Assembly: GCF_009914755.1 (NCBI RefSeq)
Contig: NC_060929.1
From: the human T2T-CHM13v2.0 reference genome, Homo sapiens
DNA: 64,000 bases
Direction: 5' to 3' (one strand)
Shown here: positions 27,516 through 41,044 of the stretch, piece by piece
Layout of the letters: every line of letters starts with the position of its first letter
How positions within the stretch are numbered: position 1 is the first letter of the stretch
Notes under the pieces: generated by a model
Told to the model about the DNA's origin: nothing
Databases searched by the model: none
What the model saw: only the letters and a program-made list of their open reading frames with translations
Program-made: the position numbers and the translations under genes

Positions 27516-30274
27516 TGAACGAGCATTCTAAGTCCTTTATGAAGAAGAAATAGCCCACCTTTCTCACTCCACTGGCACAGTTGCTAGCTTGCAGGGTACA
27601 AGAACTGGTACCAATGTGTTCTTGAAGAGTAAGAGAGTAATTGGAAGCAAGTTTCTCAGTACATCTACCTTTTTAAGTCTCCTTTCCTCCCCTCAAATTG
27701 CCAGCTTCACTCCCCAGTAATTTGAATTTGACATATTTCACCCACTTTCACATTTCCTGGCTTGGCTTCGATCTGGCCAACTATTAGGTAGCTAGATAAG
27801 TGACCATGTACCTTAAAGGTAAATATTGAAGTATAATAATTTTAGTAATTAATAGAGGTTCTAGAAAACGGGAATTAACCTATGGAAGGATCAAAACTTT
27901 TTAAATGAGTGTTAAAACTCCACTTCTTTTCATAGCAAGCATTAAACATTTGTATTTTTCTTCATGGTTTGGAAGTCTGATTACAAATATGGTTTATTTT
28001 ACTGTATTCTACAATATATCAAGAAAGTCATTAAGTATATAGATCATTTATTTCTATGAATTTTATTTGGGGTTTGACTGGTTTTGGTTTGCCTGTGTGG
28101 TGCCATAAGCTCTGTCTCTTTCTTAAGGGCCAGCTGTCCCGTAGCACTGTCACTATGTCTGACTGGGCAACACACATTCCTTTATTTTTCTGTTTCTAAT
28201 CTTTGCAGGCGGTGGTACTAAATAGCCAAACCACATAGAATGAGGTCTTAATTGGAGTGAGTTGGATTCTGGGCAGAAGTCTGGCAGTCTCCTGGGAGTG
28301 AGGGTTCCAACTTTGGGTTATGCATGTCATGATGTGTATTCTGGCTGCCTAGAAGGCTTTGTTTACTTGCTTGCCTTGCTTACTGGTGCATGGCTGTGTT
28401 TCACAGGACTCTAAGTGGTTGGAGCAGTTAGTTCTGAGTAACTCCAGAGTTCATGTGCGTAGCACCAAACTTGGAGTGAGCTTTTGTGCATGAGTGTCAG
28501 CAGATTGACGTGTAACATGTTCAAACTGGAGAGAAAAGAAGCACTGCCCAGCTGGAATGGGGAGCAAGTGCAAGTCAGAACACTGACTTTTTCTTTCCCT
28601 CTAAGGATATCAGCAATACTGGGTCCTGAGTTACAGCAGGAAGAGACTTGAATTCTCCTTCCTCTCATTTTATTTCTCTACCAGAAAATCACTTGGCAGC
28701 TATCACAGCAATACAAACCCTTGGCTGGTCGGTAGCTTAGAGAAACACAAGCCTTTTCTGTGTGCTGATAATCAGTGCAAAGAAAAGCATCTACAGTGTT
28801 ATCTTATAGAAGCAAAGGATACCTAATTAATGCCCAGTCTCCAAAGAAAACTGCCACCCTTCTGGCTGCTTTCCCAGGGAAGATGTTGGTGCCACAGAGC
28901 AGCCATGTGCAGAGATGCACTGCTTGGGTACAAGAGGAAGAATATTCCTGGCTTATAGCCTCAGCCCTCAGTAGCCACTCGGTGGGGACAGGCAGAGCCA
29001 CTGCTTACAGGTAATATATTCAGCCAAGTATACCTTTGAGGTCAGTGAGAAGGGCTTCATCTTGGCTTTCTGCTTTTTGCTATTAACACCATAAATACAC
29101 CTACCGAAAATGCTGGTTGTCACCAAGCATTCTTGGCCTCCCCTTTAGTTATTTCTACAAATCTTATTGTTCTTTCTCTCTCTCTCCCCTTTGCTCTTTG
29201 TCCCTCTTGGACCCTTTTTGAAAGTGTGTTTCATTTAAACCACTTGATGCACACTGGCTGAGTGTAAAGAGAGGGAAATCTCTTTTAATGACCCAACAGG
29301 CTTTCAGTCTCTGCAGACAGCACAGTTTGGACTGAGCTAAATGAGATAGTATCCATGGTGAGAGGGGCGGAATGCGCTAGGCTTTTGTGCCAAAGGGAGA
29401 TGAAACGTGTGCCATATATTTGGGTGTGTTTAAAGGCAGTAATTTCAAAGTTCTGCTCCTGAGTTTAGCATTACTAATCAGCTTGAAGGAAAGAATAAGA
29501 ATATACAGGAATAAGTGGCAAGATGGGATAAAACTCCAAAAGACTTAAAACTAAAACCAGATAGAAATGGGTTAGAGTAAAAAGATGCTCGATAATTAAT
29601 GTTTAATTTGTTGTAATGTCAGTAACTTTTGTAAAAACAATTAGGCAGTCATTTCAGCTTTTAAAGGACAAATTTTAAATGCCAATGAGACCATATGGAT
29701 AATAATTCACAATGAAATATTATAATGTGCCAACTTTTACATATTCATAGTTGTGTGTTAGCAAAGTTCTAAGAGAAAAGTTTGGATCCTTTACAAAAGA
29801 CGTGTTTTGTTTATGAAATATTGAGTCAATGTTTGGCTTCTTAATTTTGTTGTCAGATGTATTATGAAAAATTATTGCCTGTTAATGCTTTTAAGATTTT
29901 CTAATCAGTGGTCATGCTTCTACTCATGTATTGTTAGGAGAAGGTTTGGCCTTCTGTTGGGGCTTCTCTACCTTCTGAAGGTACTTATAGCTGTTTGTGG
30001 AGAAAGATTGGCCTTATAATCCCTCACTAGGGACTAAATATATGACCTTTGTCACATAGTTGCTACATGCTATTTTAACCTGTATTATTCCAGATTTGTA
30101 TGTCATGGGGTGATATTTAGAGACAAGGATAAAATTACATTGAACATGAAAGAAGAAAATATTGGTGGAGAAATATTTAAAATTGACAGGTTATCTGCCG
30201 TCATTATTTTTAATTTGATTTTATAGTACCTTTAGCTGATGTTTAGGTGGATATGCTTCTTTAAAGCCAGATAT

Positions 30275-30520
30275 AGACTAGGCATGGAGGATCTAGTCTG
30301 CTCATGCAGGGATTCTGGAATCTGCTGAGTGCCAACTTTGGCATTACTCCCAGTCATATAATCTTGAAAAATGATTTAAATTCTCTGTGCCTTATTTTTC
30401 TTCTTTGGCAAAGGACATAATAATACTACTTTCCTCATAGGATTGTTGCAAAGTTATAGATATTCAATTTAAAGCATGTAGCTCAGTGCCCTGCACATAG
30501 TAAAGAGGCAACAAGTATCT
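30275..30520 (+). mobile_element. MIR
   Basis: attctggaatctg...ttctctgtgccttattttt...taatactactttcctcataggattgttg...aaagcatgtagctcagtgccctgcacatagtaa. Confidence 0.75.
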
Positions 30521-30759
30521 ATAACGACCACTTAGGTTGTCCCAACTGCAAACAAGCCCATCATTTCTATATAAATTTGGACAAATTGAAGACATTTCCA
30601 AAACTAACTGAAAAGTCAGTCATTTTTGAAAGAGGCCTACAAGTGACATAAAAGTTAGCTAGATTAAACACAATAAACACAGCAAAGCAATAAAATCCAC
30701 TTCACAGGGACACAATCAATATTCACTCTATCAAACAGAAATGAATATTAGGCATTAGG

Positions 30760-31150
30760 AACTCATAGATTCATAGACTGTGTTGGGTGTGGAAATTTTA
30801 AGTAAATGTCACTACTGCCAACTGCCTCATTCAATGTTTTAATCTCCTCTACCATATTCCCATAGATTTGGCATTCATCCTATGCTTGAACCCTTCTAGC
30901 GATAGCAACCTACCCATGAGAAGCCGGAACTGGTTATTGGAAAGATATCTTAGGTTGGGCTGACATCTGCTTCTCCTGCTTTCACCTATCCTCCTGGTTT
31001 GGCTTCTGTGGCTCTCCATATGTTAGTGGCTTACATATCTGAATATAGCTATTTTCTAGTATTCTCCATTCCCTTCACTTCCCAAACATAAATCCACAGT
31101 TCCTTCACCCTTTCTCAAATGACATGATTTCAAGTTCTCTTATGTTGTGA
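30760..31150 (-). mobile_element. L3/CR1 LINE relic
   Basis: aatctcctctaccatattccc...cattcatcctatgcttgaacccttctag...tggaaagatatctt...ctgacatctgcttctcctg. Confidence 0.6.
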
Positions 31151-31171
31151 TTGATGAACTTTGGAACTGAA

Positions 31172-31715
31172 CTTATTTCAGTTAGAAATTTTATTTAGTT
31201 GCAAGTAACAGAGATCACCAAACTAAAGGCTTTATATAAAAAAGGGTGTTCATTTTTCTCCCAGATAAAATAAATCCTGCATTAGACAAGCCAGAGCCAA
31301 TGTGGTGACCCAGCAAATTCATCAGGGCCCCAGGACCTTCTAGGTTTCTTCTCTGTGTCATCCTGAAGATGCAATTCTTATCCTCAGGCTCTGAAGGTGA
31401 CTGTTGTCACTCCAGTTGTTGTGTTCCCATTCTGTTCCCATTCCAGGCAGGAGAAATGATAAGGGCAAAAGGCAACAGGGTGCAGCCTCCTGAGTCTGCC
31501 TCCCTGTTAGGGAGCTCTTCTGGACACATTAATGACAACTCCTGCTTACTTCTTGTTGGTCAGAATTGCATCACATGCTCAATCCTAATGTAAGGAAAGC
31601 AAGGAATTATAGTTTTTAAGCAAGGTTTTCTTGCTATTGTGAATAAAAGCAGGATTCTACTAATAAGCTGAAAGGGCAGACTAGATATAAGGTAGGCAAC
31701 AGCAGTCTGCATCAG
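31172..31715 (-). mobile_element. MLT1J/K-like LTR
   Basis: tcagttagaaattttatttagttgcaagtaacagag...ttggtcagaattgcatcacatg...ggtaggcaacagcagtctgc. Confidence 0.7.
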
Positions 31716-31864
31716 GATGTCCTCTTTAAATATCCCCTTTGGAAATGCGGCTTCTCTACTTTAGCAATAGTCTAGATAGAAGAAAACCCTGAAGAGTAGA
31801 ATAGGACTACATCTGTCTCTGGAAAGTTGACTTCTAGAAAAAGATGCTGATTAATTAAAATATC

Positions 31865-32074
31865 AGAGAAAAGGTACAGAGAAGGTACAGGGAAGCCCTT
31901 ACTTGGGCAAAGCTTGTTCGTTCAATTCATGTACAAGGTACAGAAAAGGTACAGAGGTACAAAGGTACAGAAGGTACAGAGGTACAGAGATACAAAGGTA
32001 CGAAGGTACAAAGGTACAGAAAAGGTACAGAGAAGCCCTTACTTGGGCAAAGCTTTGTTCATCCAACTCATGTA
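31865..32074 (+). repeat. Direct ~42-bp duplication flanking an irregular AGGTACA array
   Basis: gaagcccttacttgggcaaagctt(t)gttc.t.caa.tcatgta at 31892-31933 and 32032-32074; about 11 AGGTAC-type units between them. Confidence 0.92.
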
Positions 32075-33299
32075 AGCTCAGAGCCAATAATCTTAATATT
32101 TACCAAGGGTCCTTACCTGATAAAAGTTGAAAGCATCCTTTTTCCTGGACTGCTTTCTGTTCTGCACTGTAAATCTACAAATCTGCAAATGTAGTAGGTC
32201 CATAAACCAGCTTCGGCTGGGCTGATTTCTTCATAAGGATGTGATTTACTAAAATGCCTATCAGTTAAGTGGCATAGTTGTAACATTTTAGGAAGGTGTA
32301 AGTCCATGTATAAAGTTCTTTATTAAACATGTATTTAGTGCCATTGATATTTTAAGAAATTATTCAAGTGTAGTATAGAGTCTCGCTGGGAAGCATAGCA
32401 CCTACAAGTTGATCTAACCACTTTGCTGTTAACTTTTCTTTCTGCCCCAAAGATCGCAGATTTCACTGGAAGGATGAGATTCCTCCCTCCCCTACATAGC
32501 TATTTAGGAATAACTATAAGTAAAACCAAAGAAAATGCATGCTTGATCTACAAGGAGTTGTGGAAATTTGCACCTGGTCTCTGAAAGTGAAAAGAGATGA
32601 GATAAGAAAAGTAATTGGTATATCACAGACATCAACTAATGTACACACTCTGGCCACAGAGAAGCCCAGACCTAGCTAGTTCAAGTATAGTTGATAGCCA
32701 GATGTCAGTGATAAAAGCAATCAAGGGCCTTGTTGACTAAGTCTTATGAGTACAGGTAATGTAATTAGTAACTGACTTTTCCCCAAAAATCCTAGAGAAG
32801 AAACTCTAGTGGTTGATTCTCAGGGCTCAATAGTTAACGAATGGTCTCAGCACTAAGAATGCTGACAATTAACATCACCTACAAGGCCAAATTAAAGACT
32901 ATACTTTTTCTATTATTTCTCAATCTTTACGTTCAGTTAGAATTGAAATCCTGTAAACTCATCTATCTGGTTTCCCAAAGGCTTGTCTTTCTGAAATAGA
33001 CAAGAATGAAATGTAAGGCCACACTCTAGGAATAGGTAGATGAGTGCAAATTGTGTCTGACCTCTCCATACTCTTATTTAACTCTGGCAGAATTTTATCT
33101 GACAGTCACTGGAGACTTCTATTCAGCAGTTTCTCCACTGGCCTAAAGGAAGAAGTGGCAAAAATATGATCCAAAATACAATTACTGATTTCCTAAAGGC
33201 AATGGTAATTTTGGTGATGGAAAGGAAAAAGCCTAAGAATGCATTTTTACTATTACCTCCTAGTCATTACACTATGTTTTCTGTGAATTTCAATTACTA

Positions 33300-33625
33300 T
33301 TGTTTATTCATTCATTCGCTCATCTTTTTAATGAATAGTATTCATTCAGTTAGTACCTACTATATGCTTGGCACTGAGCTAAATTCTGAGTGTGCAAAAA
33401 TCTATGAGAAGTTGTTTCTGCCCTCACAAAACTTACGACTAAATGACTATTGATTAACTTACCTTTGCATTGTTTTTTGAAGTTCTTCAAGTGCCCAGAA
33501 TTTATACCAAAATCTCAAGGGAGTTAGAGTAGGTATTAACAGTCCTATTTTAAAACTGAGGAAATTGACGCTCACAGAGTTTAAGCAACCCGTTTGGATT
33601 GCACAGAAAGCTGTTAGCAAAAAGA
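33300..33625. mobile_element. L2 3' end followed by a MIR fragment
   Basis: ttcattcattc...tacctactatatgcttggcactgagcta; cctattttaaaactgaggaaattgacgctcacagag. Confidence 0.7.
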
Positions 33626-34295
33626 GTTCAATGTCAATTCTTGATAAGCTTCACATTTTAATGAATGAATTATTTATATATGAAGTTGTATTATAACAAC
33701 ATTAGGTGAAGTCTATTTTTAACCTCTTTCAGTAATGATAATGTTCTGACCTAGATTTCTAAAATACAGGAAGTTCATCCCGGTTGATTCATGCATTGCA
33801 GATCTGAACTATTGATAAAATGGGATGAAGAGAAATAGCAAGTGAGTTTGTTGGTTCCTTCGTGGACTAAAATTTAGTGGTAACAGAATGACTGGAGTCT
33901 GACAGTTAAGGTTTAATTCCTATCATTTGCCAGCTGTTACGGACTTGGTAAACACATATGGGCTATTAAGAAGTGTGTATTTCAAAACATCAAGTCATAT
34001 TTAAAGGATTATTTAAGAAAATGGGATCATATCTCCTGTGTTCTAAAGAGGCCAGATACTTTTTTAAAAAAATAACCAAAAGTAGAGACATTTTAGTCTT
34101 CTTTATTTTAAACTTTCTTTTCACACCATTTTCATTTTTCATCACAAAGTAGATTTTGTGGTGGTTGCTAGCTTTCTTTACATAGTCCATTGCAATGGAG
34201 TTTAATCTATCCAGGGCTAAAACCTGAAAATATGGATATAGTCAGGAAATGACTTGTATTTGTTTCTCTTCACAGGAGGGAGAGGGTGTCTGGAT

Positions 34296-34460
34296 CAGTG
34301 GTTATCAAACTTGGCACAAACCTGGCACATACTAAGATCACCTGGGGAGCTTGCAAAATAGGCTATTCCAAAACCATAAAATCTCTGGGGGTGGGACCCA
34401 GGCGTTGGTATTGTTTTTGAAATATCCCTGGGTTATAACGAGCAGCCAAGGTTGAGACTT
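34296..34460. mobile_element. MER5A (hAT-Charlie MITE)
   Basis: cagtggttatcaaactt...atcacctggggagcttg...aaatctctgggggtgggacccagg...gcagccaaggttgaga. Confidence 0.8.
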
Positions 34461-37159
34461 GCTAGAAATTTTCACTTCTGTTGGAGAGCAAAGTAATCAA
34501 ATTAAGCTAATTGCTTGTACAAAGTTAATGGCTTGTGTTATTCACATTTTCCAAATCAGTATCTAATGGAGATTCTGGCTAGTGTGACAAAGTGTAATGA
34601 AGACTGTCTCATCTAGTTTGCACAACTACATAGTGCCTAGTACATAAACACTAAATATTACTGGCATCATTCTATTATTATTATTTAATAATTTGACAAA
34701 GGAAGGGAAAAGAAGGAAAATAAATATTGTTTGGAGATTAAAGATTTTTTAAATATTGCATTTGTCCCAGTTGAATGTATTTGAAATGTAATAATTTGAA
34801 TATCCAAAATGTAAAACCAAGAGATATGATGTAGCATATTTTATTTCCAAGGAATCCTACAAAATTTCGCCTACTTTGGTACATACCTTATCAAAGTCAT
34901 TTTATCTACCTCTAGCATTTTGTAGGAGAGGCTAGGGAATGTGTGCCCAGTGGTTAAAAAAAAAGAGAGAAATTCACTTTTCTTTTGGCAAGTCACAGAC
35001 ATTCCTTGGGATTGGGGTGGGATGGGGTGGGTTAGCACAGTAAACTGTTGCTGTGAACTCTAATTATTTTTTAAATATGATTTTCAGTTCTTATTTGAAT
35101 GTTAATGGATTTTAAGTATTTATCTCTGACCTAATTTAGGGTGAGAGACAAAACCTTGGAGACAGCATATATAGAATGTCATGATCTTCCCAGTTGCTTC
35201 ATGGAAATATTCATATACTGACCTACTCCTCTTACTTTCTCCAGGGCACAAAACTACCATATATATTTTCTTCTTCTAGTATGTCTTAGAATATTATTTC
35301 AGTGACTTTATGTTATTACTTATTTCAGAAACAAAATGCAAACAGAAACAATAAAGGTCTTAATCTAAAGACTAAAGTAATTCACAAAGAGCAGGAATAG
35401 AAACTAAATTCCATACCTTTTCTCTTTTGACTTCTAATTTTCTTTTCTTCAAGTAGCTTTTATTTCTCTCAATGCTTATTCTAATTCTAATAGCTTATTG
35501 CAATCTGTATCTATCTTTGCAATATTCCTTTCTTATTTAATTCCTACTTCCATGTCTACATTTTAAAAAGTGGTTCCTATATTCAGGAGTAATTTATTAC
35601 TTAGCTCTTGAGAGAGAAAGGTGGCTATGTATGTACATTTTCTTAAAATGTGCTTTGAATTTTACTCCAGGGACAGTGGTTGAAATCTTGCCCAGAGTTA
35701 TCATGTTAGTTACAAAGTAGACATGGACTGATGTATGACAGGAGAAGAGTTTCTGATATCAGGAATATTTGATTTTATTTTGGAATAGGTGAAGATTGAG
35801 GGTTTTAAAAAAATTTCTGTCTTTAAGAATTTCCCATTAAAACACTATTTTTTAAATCTGTATCCAGAGCTGGAATTTTATATTGCTAAAAGTATTACAG
35901 CCTATTCTCACTTTTATTCTCCTTTGTCGGGCATATTTGCTCATGTCTAAGTCTTTTCAGTTATTCTTAATCCTACTTAAAATCTTTGGGTGGATTAAAA
36001 GTTGCATTTCCTTGTAGCTTATGTTGCAAGCATCAAATGATTAAAAAACGAAGATAATTTATTTTCCTACCATAAGCTTAATGACTCATATTCTGGAGCG
36101 GATGGGGGTTGGCAGGGGGAAGAAGGGAGGCAAAGAAAAGTAAAAAGTAAATAGCAGGCATGTTTCAGGAGAAACTCCAGCCAGGGCTGTTGGGTTGAAC
36201 TTTATCGATGCTGCTTCATGATATGTGTCAAAATAAATGCAGGAAACAGCTTTTGCCTCAAAGCTTGGAATGTTGTGGTTAACTGATATTTAGGTAAAGG
36301 AATGTTACAATTGGAATAGCTGGCCTAAAACTCTTCCCAAAACCATCAATTTTATTTATTAAACTTGCTGAAAAGACGAAAAGTGACAAGGAAAGGCACA
36401 GATCATTTATTTATTTGACAAGTTTCTCAGAGTTCTTTTCCTTGATAAAGCAGCAATGACGATGAATTTTATTATGCTTAGTGTATGTGTTTGCTTGGTT
36501 TAAATTATTTACATATTTACTGTTAGGGCAGTAATAAAACCAGGTCAGTCCAAATAACTTTTTTTTTGTCTTGTCTGTGGAACACTATGAAAGTTGCATT
36601 TTTAACGGATGATGACCACAGTTGTTTTTAGGATTCCTGAATGAAGTCATGAAGTCTGAAAAATTTTGGAACCTAGAGTTTTAACTCATGTTACAATTTG
36701 AGTAACTGCTTTACAGAAAAGGGCCTGGTCTAATTTTGAGACTGTGGCTTGATTCTCACAAGTTTGATGCTCATTTCCCAAGGATAATATATATAAGCCC
36801 ATAATTAAGGCTGTACTTTAGTTAGACTTGAGTTGTGAAGAAAGAAATTCAGGTTACTTTAGGGTTCCGTTCCTCAAATCTGGTGTTCTGTGCTATGCTT
36901 TTACAGTTAAGTGTGCTACAAAATAAAGTCTTTGGGACCCTCTGTTAAATAGGTTTAAACTTTTTTGGAACAAGATTTCTAAGAGACTTAAATGTGCAAG
37001 AGAGCATTCTGACTGAGAAAGGATAAGGCATGTAGCATTTCCAGATCATTAGCAAGCAGTATCTATTCTCATCTCTCAGAACTCTGTTTCTCAGAGCATG
37101 GTTAAGGAGAATTTTTATGTATATAAATGTATCACCATCAATAATCAAGGCAGAACTGT

Positions 37160-37389
37160 ATATTTATATTTACATAGTATATATTACATATTATATATAA
37201 ACTTACATATATATTATATAAACATATAATTTATACAGTATTTATGTGTTTATATGTAATATGTAATATATACTATATAAATATACAGTTTATACAGTAT
37301 ATTTGTGTGATATAAATATACGGTATATAAATATATAAATATACAGTATATAAATATACAGTAATATATATATATACTATATAAATATA
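37160..37389 (+). repeat. TA-rich low-complexity tract
   Basis: Degenerate tatataaatatacag-type units. Confidence 0.85.
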
Positions 37390-37730
37390 CAGTTATGCCT
37401 TGCTTATTAATGATGATACATTCTGAGAAATGTGTCATTAGGCAATTTTGTCATTGTGCTAACATCATATTTTGTATTTACACAAAATTAGATGGTATAG
37501 TCTGCTATGTGGGTAGGCTATATTATAAAACCTATTGCTCCTAGGCTACAAATCTGTACAGCATGTTACTGTACTGAATACTGTAGGCAGTTATAACACA
37601 ATGCTAAGTATTTGTGTACCTAAACATATCTAAACATAGAAAAGGTACAGTAAAAATATCATATTATAATCTTATGGGACCACTGTCATATATGCAGTTG
37701 ATCGAAATGTCATTAGGTGACACATGACTA
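37390..37730. mobile_element. Tigger3a (MER7A) TcMar DNA transposon MITE
   Basis: cagttatgcc...ttctgagaaatgtgtcattaggcaatttt...ctcctaggctacaaa...cttatgggaccactgtc...cacatgact; TA flanks. Confidence 0.9.
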
Positions 37731-39424
37731 TATATAAATACATGATAAAATACATAAATATAATAATAGTATATACAACCTCTTTATTATTTTCCTGTTA
37801 TTATTTAATCTAAGCCTAATGTTGTATTCCCTCTGCAGAAACCCACATCATAACGGGCCAGCACAGGGAGGGGCACCAGGAATCCAGGACCTGTTGGTTA
37901 TTTAATTGATGACACTGGCAGATTATGGTCTCTTTTCCATGCATGAGACATGGTGCAGGTCTGCATGACGTCGTCTTCTTTTCCCTTGTGCATTCATAAG
38001 ACAGATGGCCCAGATGGCGCTGTGATTCATTGTGAAGCAGGAAGGAGATAACGCAGCAGCATCTGCAGTGCTGCTGGGAGGAACACATCTGTAGCAATTG
38101 GGTGGATCTTTACTGCCTCTGGGCTGTTTCTCCCTGTGCTTAGGTGCAGGTCTTGATGAAGAAGAGAGTTCTGGGGGCAAGAGCAAAATTAATTTGTATC
38201 TTTATCTGAGTTTAGAAGGTTCCTGGGCTCCTGTTAATATACATCAAAGCAGTTCTAGAGTCATCTTAAACTTGCTCAACATTGCCAGTGTGCATGTGTA
38301 GAGGGATCTCTGTAACTCTATTGGGTTCTGATCAAATGCATTACAAATAATATGCAGGAATCTTAGCAAGGTTAAACATCCATCTTGGTTGGAAAAAAAA
38401 GAAATGTTTTCACTTGGGAGGCTTAAATATATCTATTAGATTATACTGAATTGTTAAATAAAGTGGGGATATCTTGGGATGGAAAGGATAAAAGGCAAGA
38501 TTGCTGAATTGACGTTGATGTTGACATCAGTTGTTTAAAAGGATTGTTTGGTATTGCACTCCATTCAAAGCCAGATAGGGATAGTAAATCCAGGGAAGAC
38601 ATTCTCATGAGCCTTCTCCTAAGAACCCCACTACTCACCCTTCGTTTGACTAACATTCTGCACAGCAGCAATTTCATGCATTGTTCTTTATTGATTCATT
38701 GGTAACTGCTGACCCCAGAACTAAGTGATAACACTGCTTTCCCTTTGGTCAGTTCTTTGTTCATGTATTCTTTACAGTTCTCCGAGGGCTTACTCACTAT
38801 GGGTAAGGCACTATGCATGGCATCCAGGAAAACACAGCGGCGCACAAGGCGCACTCTTTTTGCCATCCACAGTCGTGTACACACTAAACATACTAAAAAC
38901 TCTGTGTGATAAATTTCATACAAAGTCATGCAAAGGAAGTGGTTAACAGGTTTGTAGAATGTGATCATGAGTAGGCAGATTCCAGCCACTAAAGGCTCAG
39001 CATGGACCACCTTGTAAGTATGCTGCATAAGGATTCATGGTGAGTAACAGCTTAGCCACCTCATTTTTTTGAAAAAAAAAGAAAAAGGAAACTCACATTA
39101 CTGTATTCTTTCAGGGCTTCATTTTGCAACTTTCATGCACTCTTGAAGTAAAGGCCATGACATCGTAACTTTGGTTTCTTTTCAATAGTTCACTTTCTGA
39201 GAGTGTAAGTGGGTACTTGGTGTATCATAGGCCATTATCAGACCTGGACATGATCGTGGGTTTGGTCTGTTGCTCACTGTTTCAGAGGCAGGTCTAAGCT
39301 ATGCCTCCTCTGTTTCAGAAAAATTGTTCTGTGATTTATGATAATATTTTCATTAATGAGGTTTCTACCTTTTATTACTATTACCTTCATTTTGAAAAAA
39401 TCATAGTCATTGATCACATTTCAA

Positions 39425-39520
39425 CCATTTTAAGATAAATGCTTTTTCACATTTTAACATCTTTGAAATCAAATGTGTCTTGTAATCAATGGCATGTCAT
39501 AGTTTAGTTGGCAGCGTTCC
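39425..39520. mobile_element. MER104-like TcMar MITE fragment
   Basis: ttttcacattttaacatctttgaaatc...gtcttgtaatcaatggc. Confidence 0.6.
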
Positions 39521-41044
39521 TCCTCACCCTTTCAAAATTTTTCTTTAGAGGCACATGCCTCTACCTGTGAAGCATTGGAGACCCACCCCCCACCATGTTT
39601 CTGGTACATGACACATTAAAGGAATTCAGGGATGCATGACATTTGGGTCCTACAGTTGTGAGAAAACCAGGTCACTTTATCTGATATCTTGACATATTAC
39701 TTTGTCCTCTCCTAATAGCATAGATATGATAAAATTGGCTTATGAAGTTATACTGTTTCATAATGAATTCATCTAACATTTAGTGAATGCTATAAAGCAT
39801 ATGTGTTTTTCCCCTATGCACTATACACCATGGCCACATTTGAAGAGTATAACAGGTGAAAAATACAATCTTATATGATGAGTTAATCTTATAAAATGAC
39901 TAAGGGAGGTGTCATAATACAATATACAAATAAGTACTAAATGAGAAGGTCAGACAAGATAAATCCCAAGTGGGAAGAGGTTACTTTGGGCTGGGAAAAG
40001 TTAATGGAAGATATGAGAGGTGAACTGGGCTTTGAAAGCTATAAAAATATGTATGAGTAAAAACAGAGGAAGGGGAAAGTATGTTTTTATTCCCAATTTT
40101 TTTAGCATCTATCTTTGGTCGACACAGCTGTACATGAATGCAAAGTGGAAGTGTATTTTTAGATTCAGAGCATGTATTTGAAAATACAGCATACATTTAT
40201 GAGATTGGCTCTTTTACTAAGAACCAGTTAGAATGTCTGCTTTTCTGGGAATTCTGAACACTTCTTGCTAAATTAGGGTGGCAAAAGAAGACAGCAAAGC
40301 ACTGACTCACATTTGAGATGGCACAGGAAGGATTGGCAGGGAAGATTTAATTCCAGGGAGGTTTCAAGGGGACTTGCTGTCTTAGATCTGAATGTGAATT
40401 TAGTATAAACCATGACTCAGAGAACACTCTTGAACTGAGTAACATGACTAAGCAGTTATCACCTAAAACAAGCTAGCATAGGTCACATTTGTTTATTTAG
40501 CAGGTAATTTTGAGGTCTTCTAAATAATGAAGCCATAGTTTTTGGAAGATAGCCTTAGATTCCCCTGTGGTCATGCCACTTATACCTCCGATCACAGTGA
40601 GCCCTGTTCTTCCTGAGATAGGGCTGTGGGATGCTGCTACATACAGCACTTAGCTGAGGGGTGAATTTCTGTTCTTAAATGGGCCTAGCTTCCTCTTTCT
40701 CTTCTCCTTCGTTTCCTTTCTCACTTCCTCTAACATTTTAGAGGTCAGTTTGAGCATTCCAGAGCAGTTTATCAATAAAGATTGATGCTATTTCTTTACC
40801 TTTTGTGGTGCAGTTCTAAACTTTTCAATTGAGCGATGAAGACCCACTCCACAATTGTGAATACTAGATTACATTGCTTTTTTTTTTTTTTAAATTATGT
40901 TTTCCATTATCTTTTGGTCTTAATGACTGAAAGCCCTGCGTGAATACTTTTAAGAAGCTTTCTTCTATTTAACAATTTACTCCAGGCTTAGGACATCAGA
41001 GTCCCATTTTCCATCCTTTTCTTTTTTTTCCATACGCCAGAGGA

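Noticed and set aside
31865-32074. CRISPR-like repeat-spacer interpretation
   Set aside because: Only two long repeats, a low-complexity spacer, a primate context and no cas genes.
38780-38900. CpG-containing stretch (cagcggcgcacaaggcgcac) as a regulatory site
   Set aside because: It follows the pattern of a decayed L2 3' end, with no further support.
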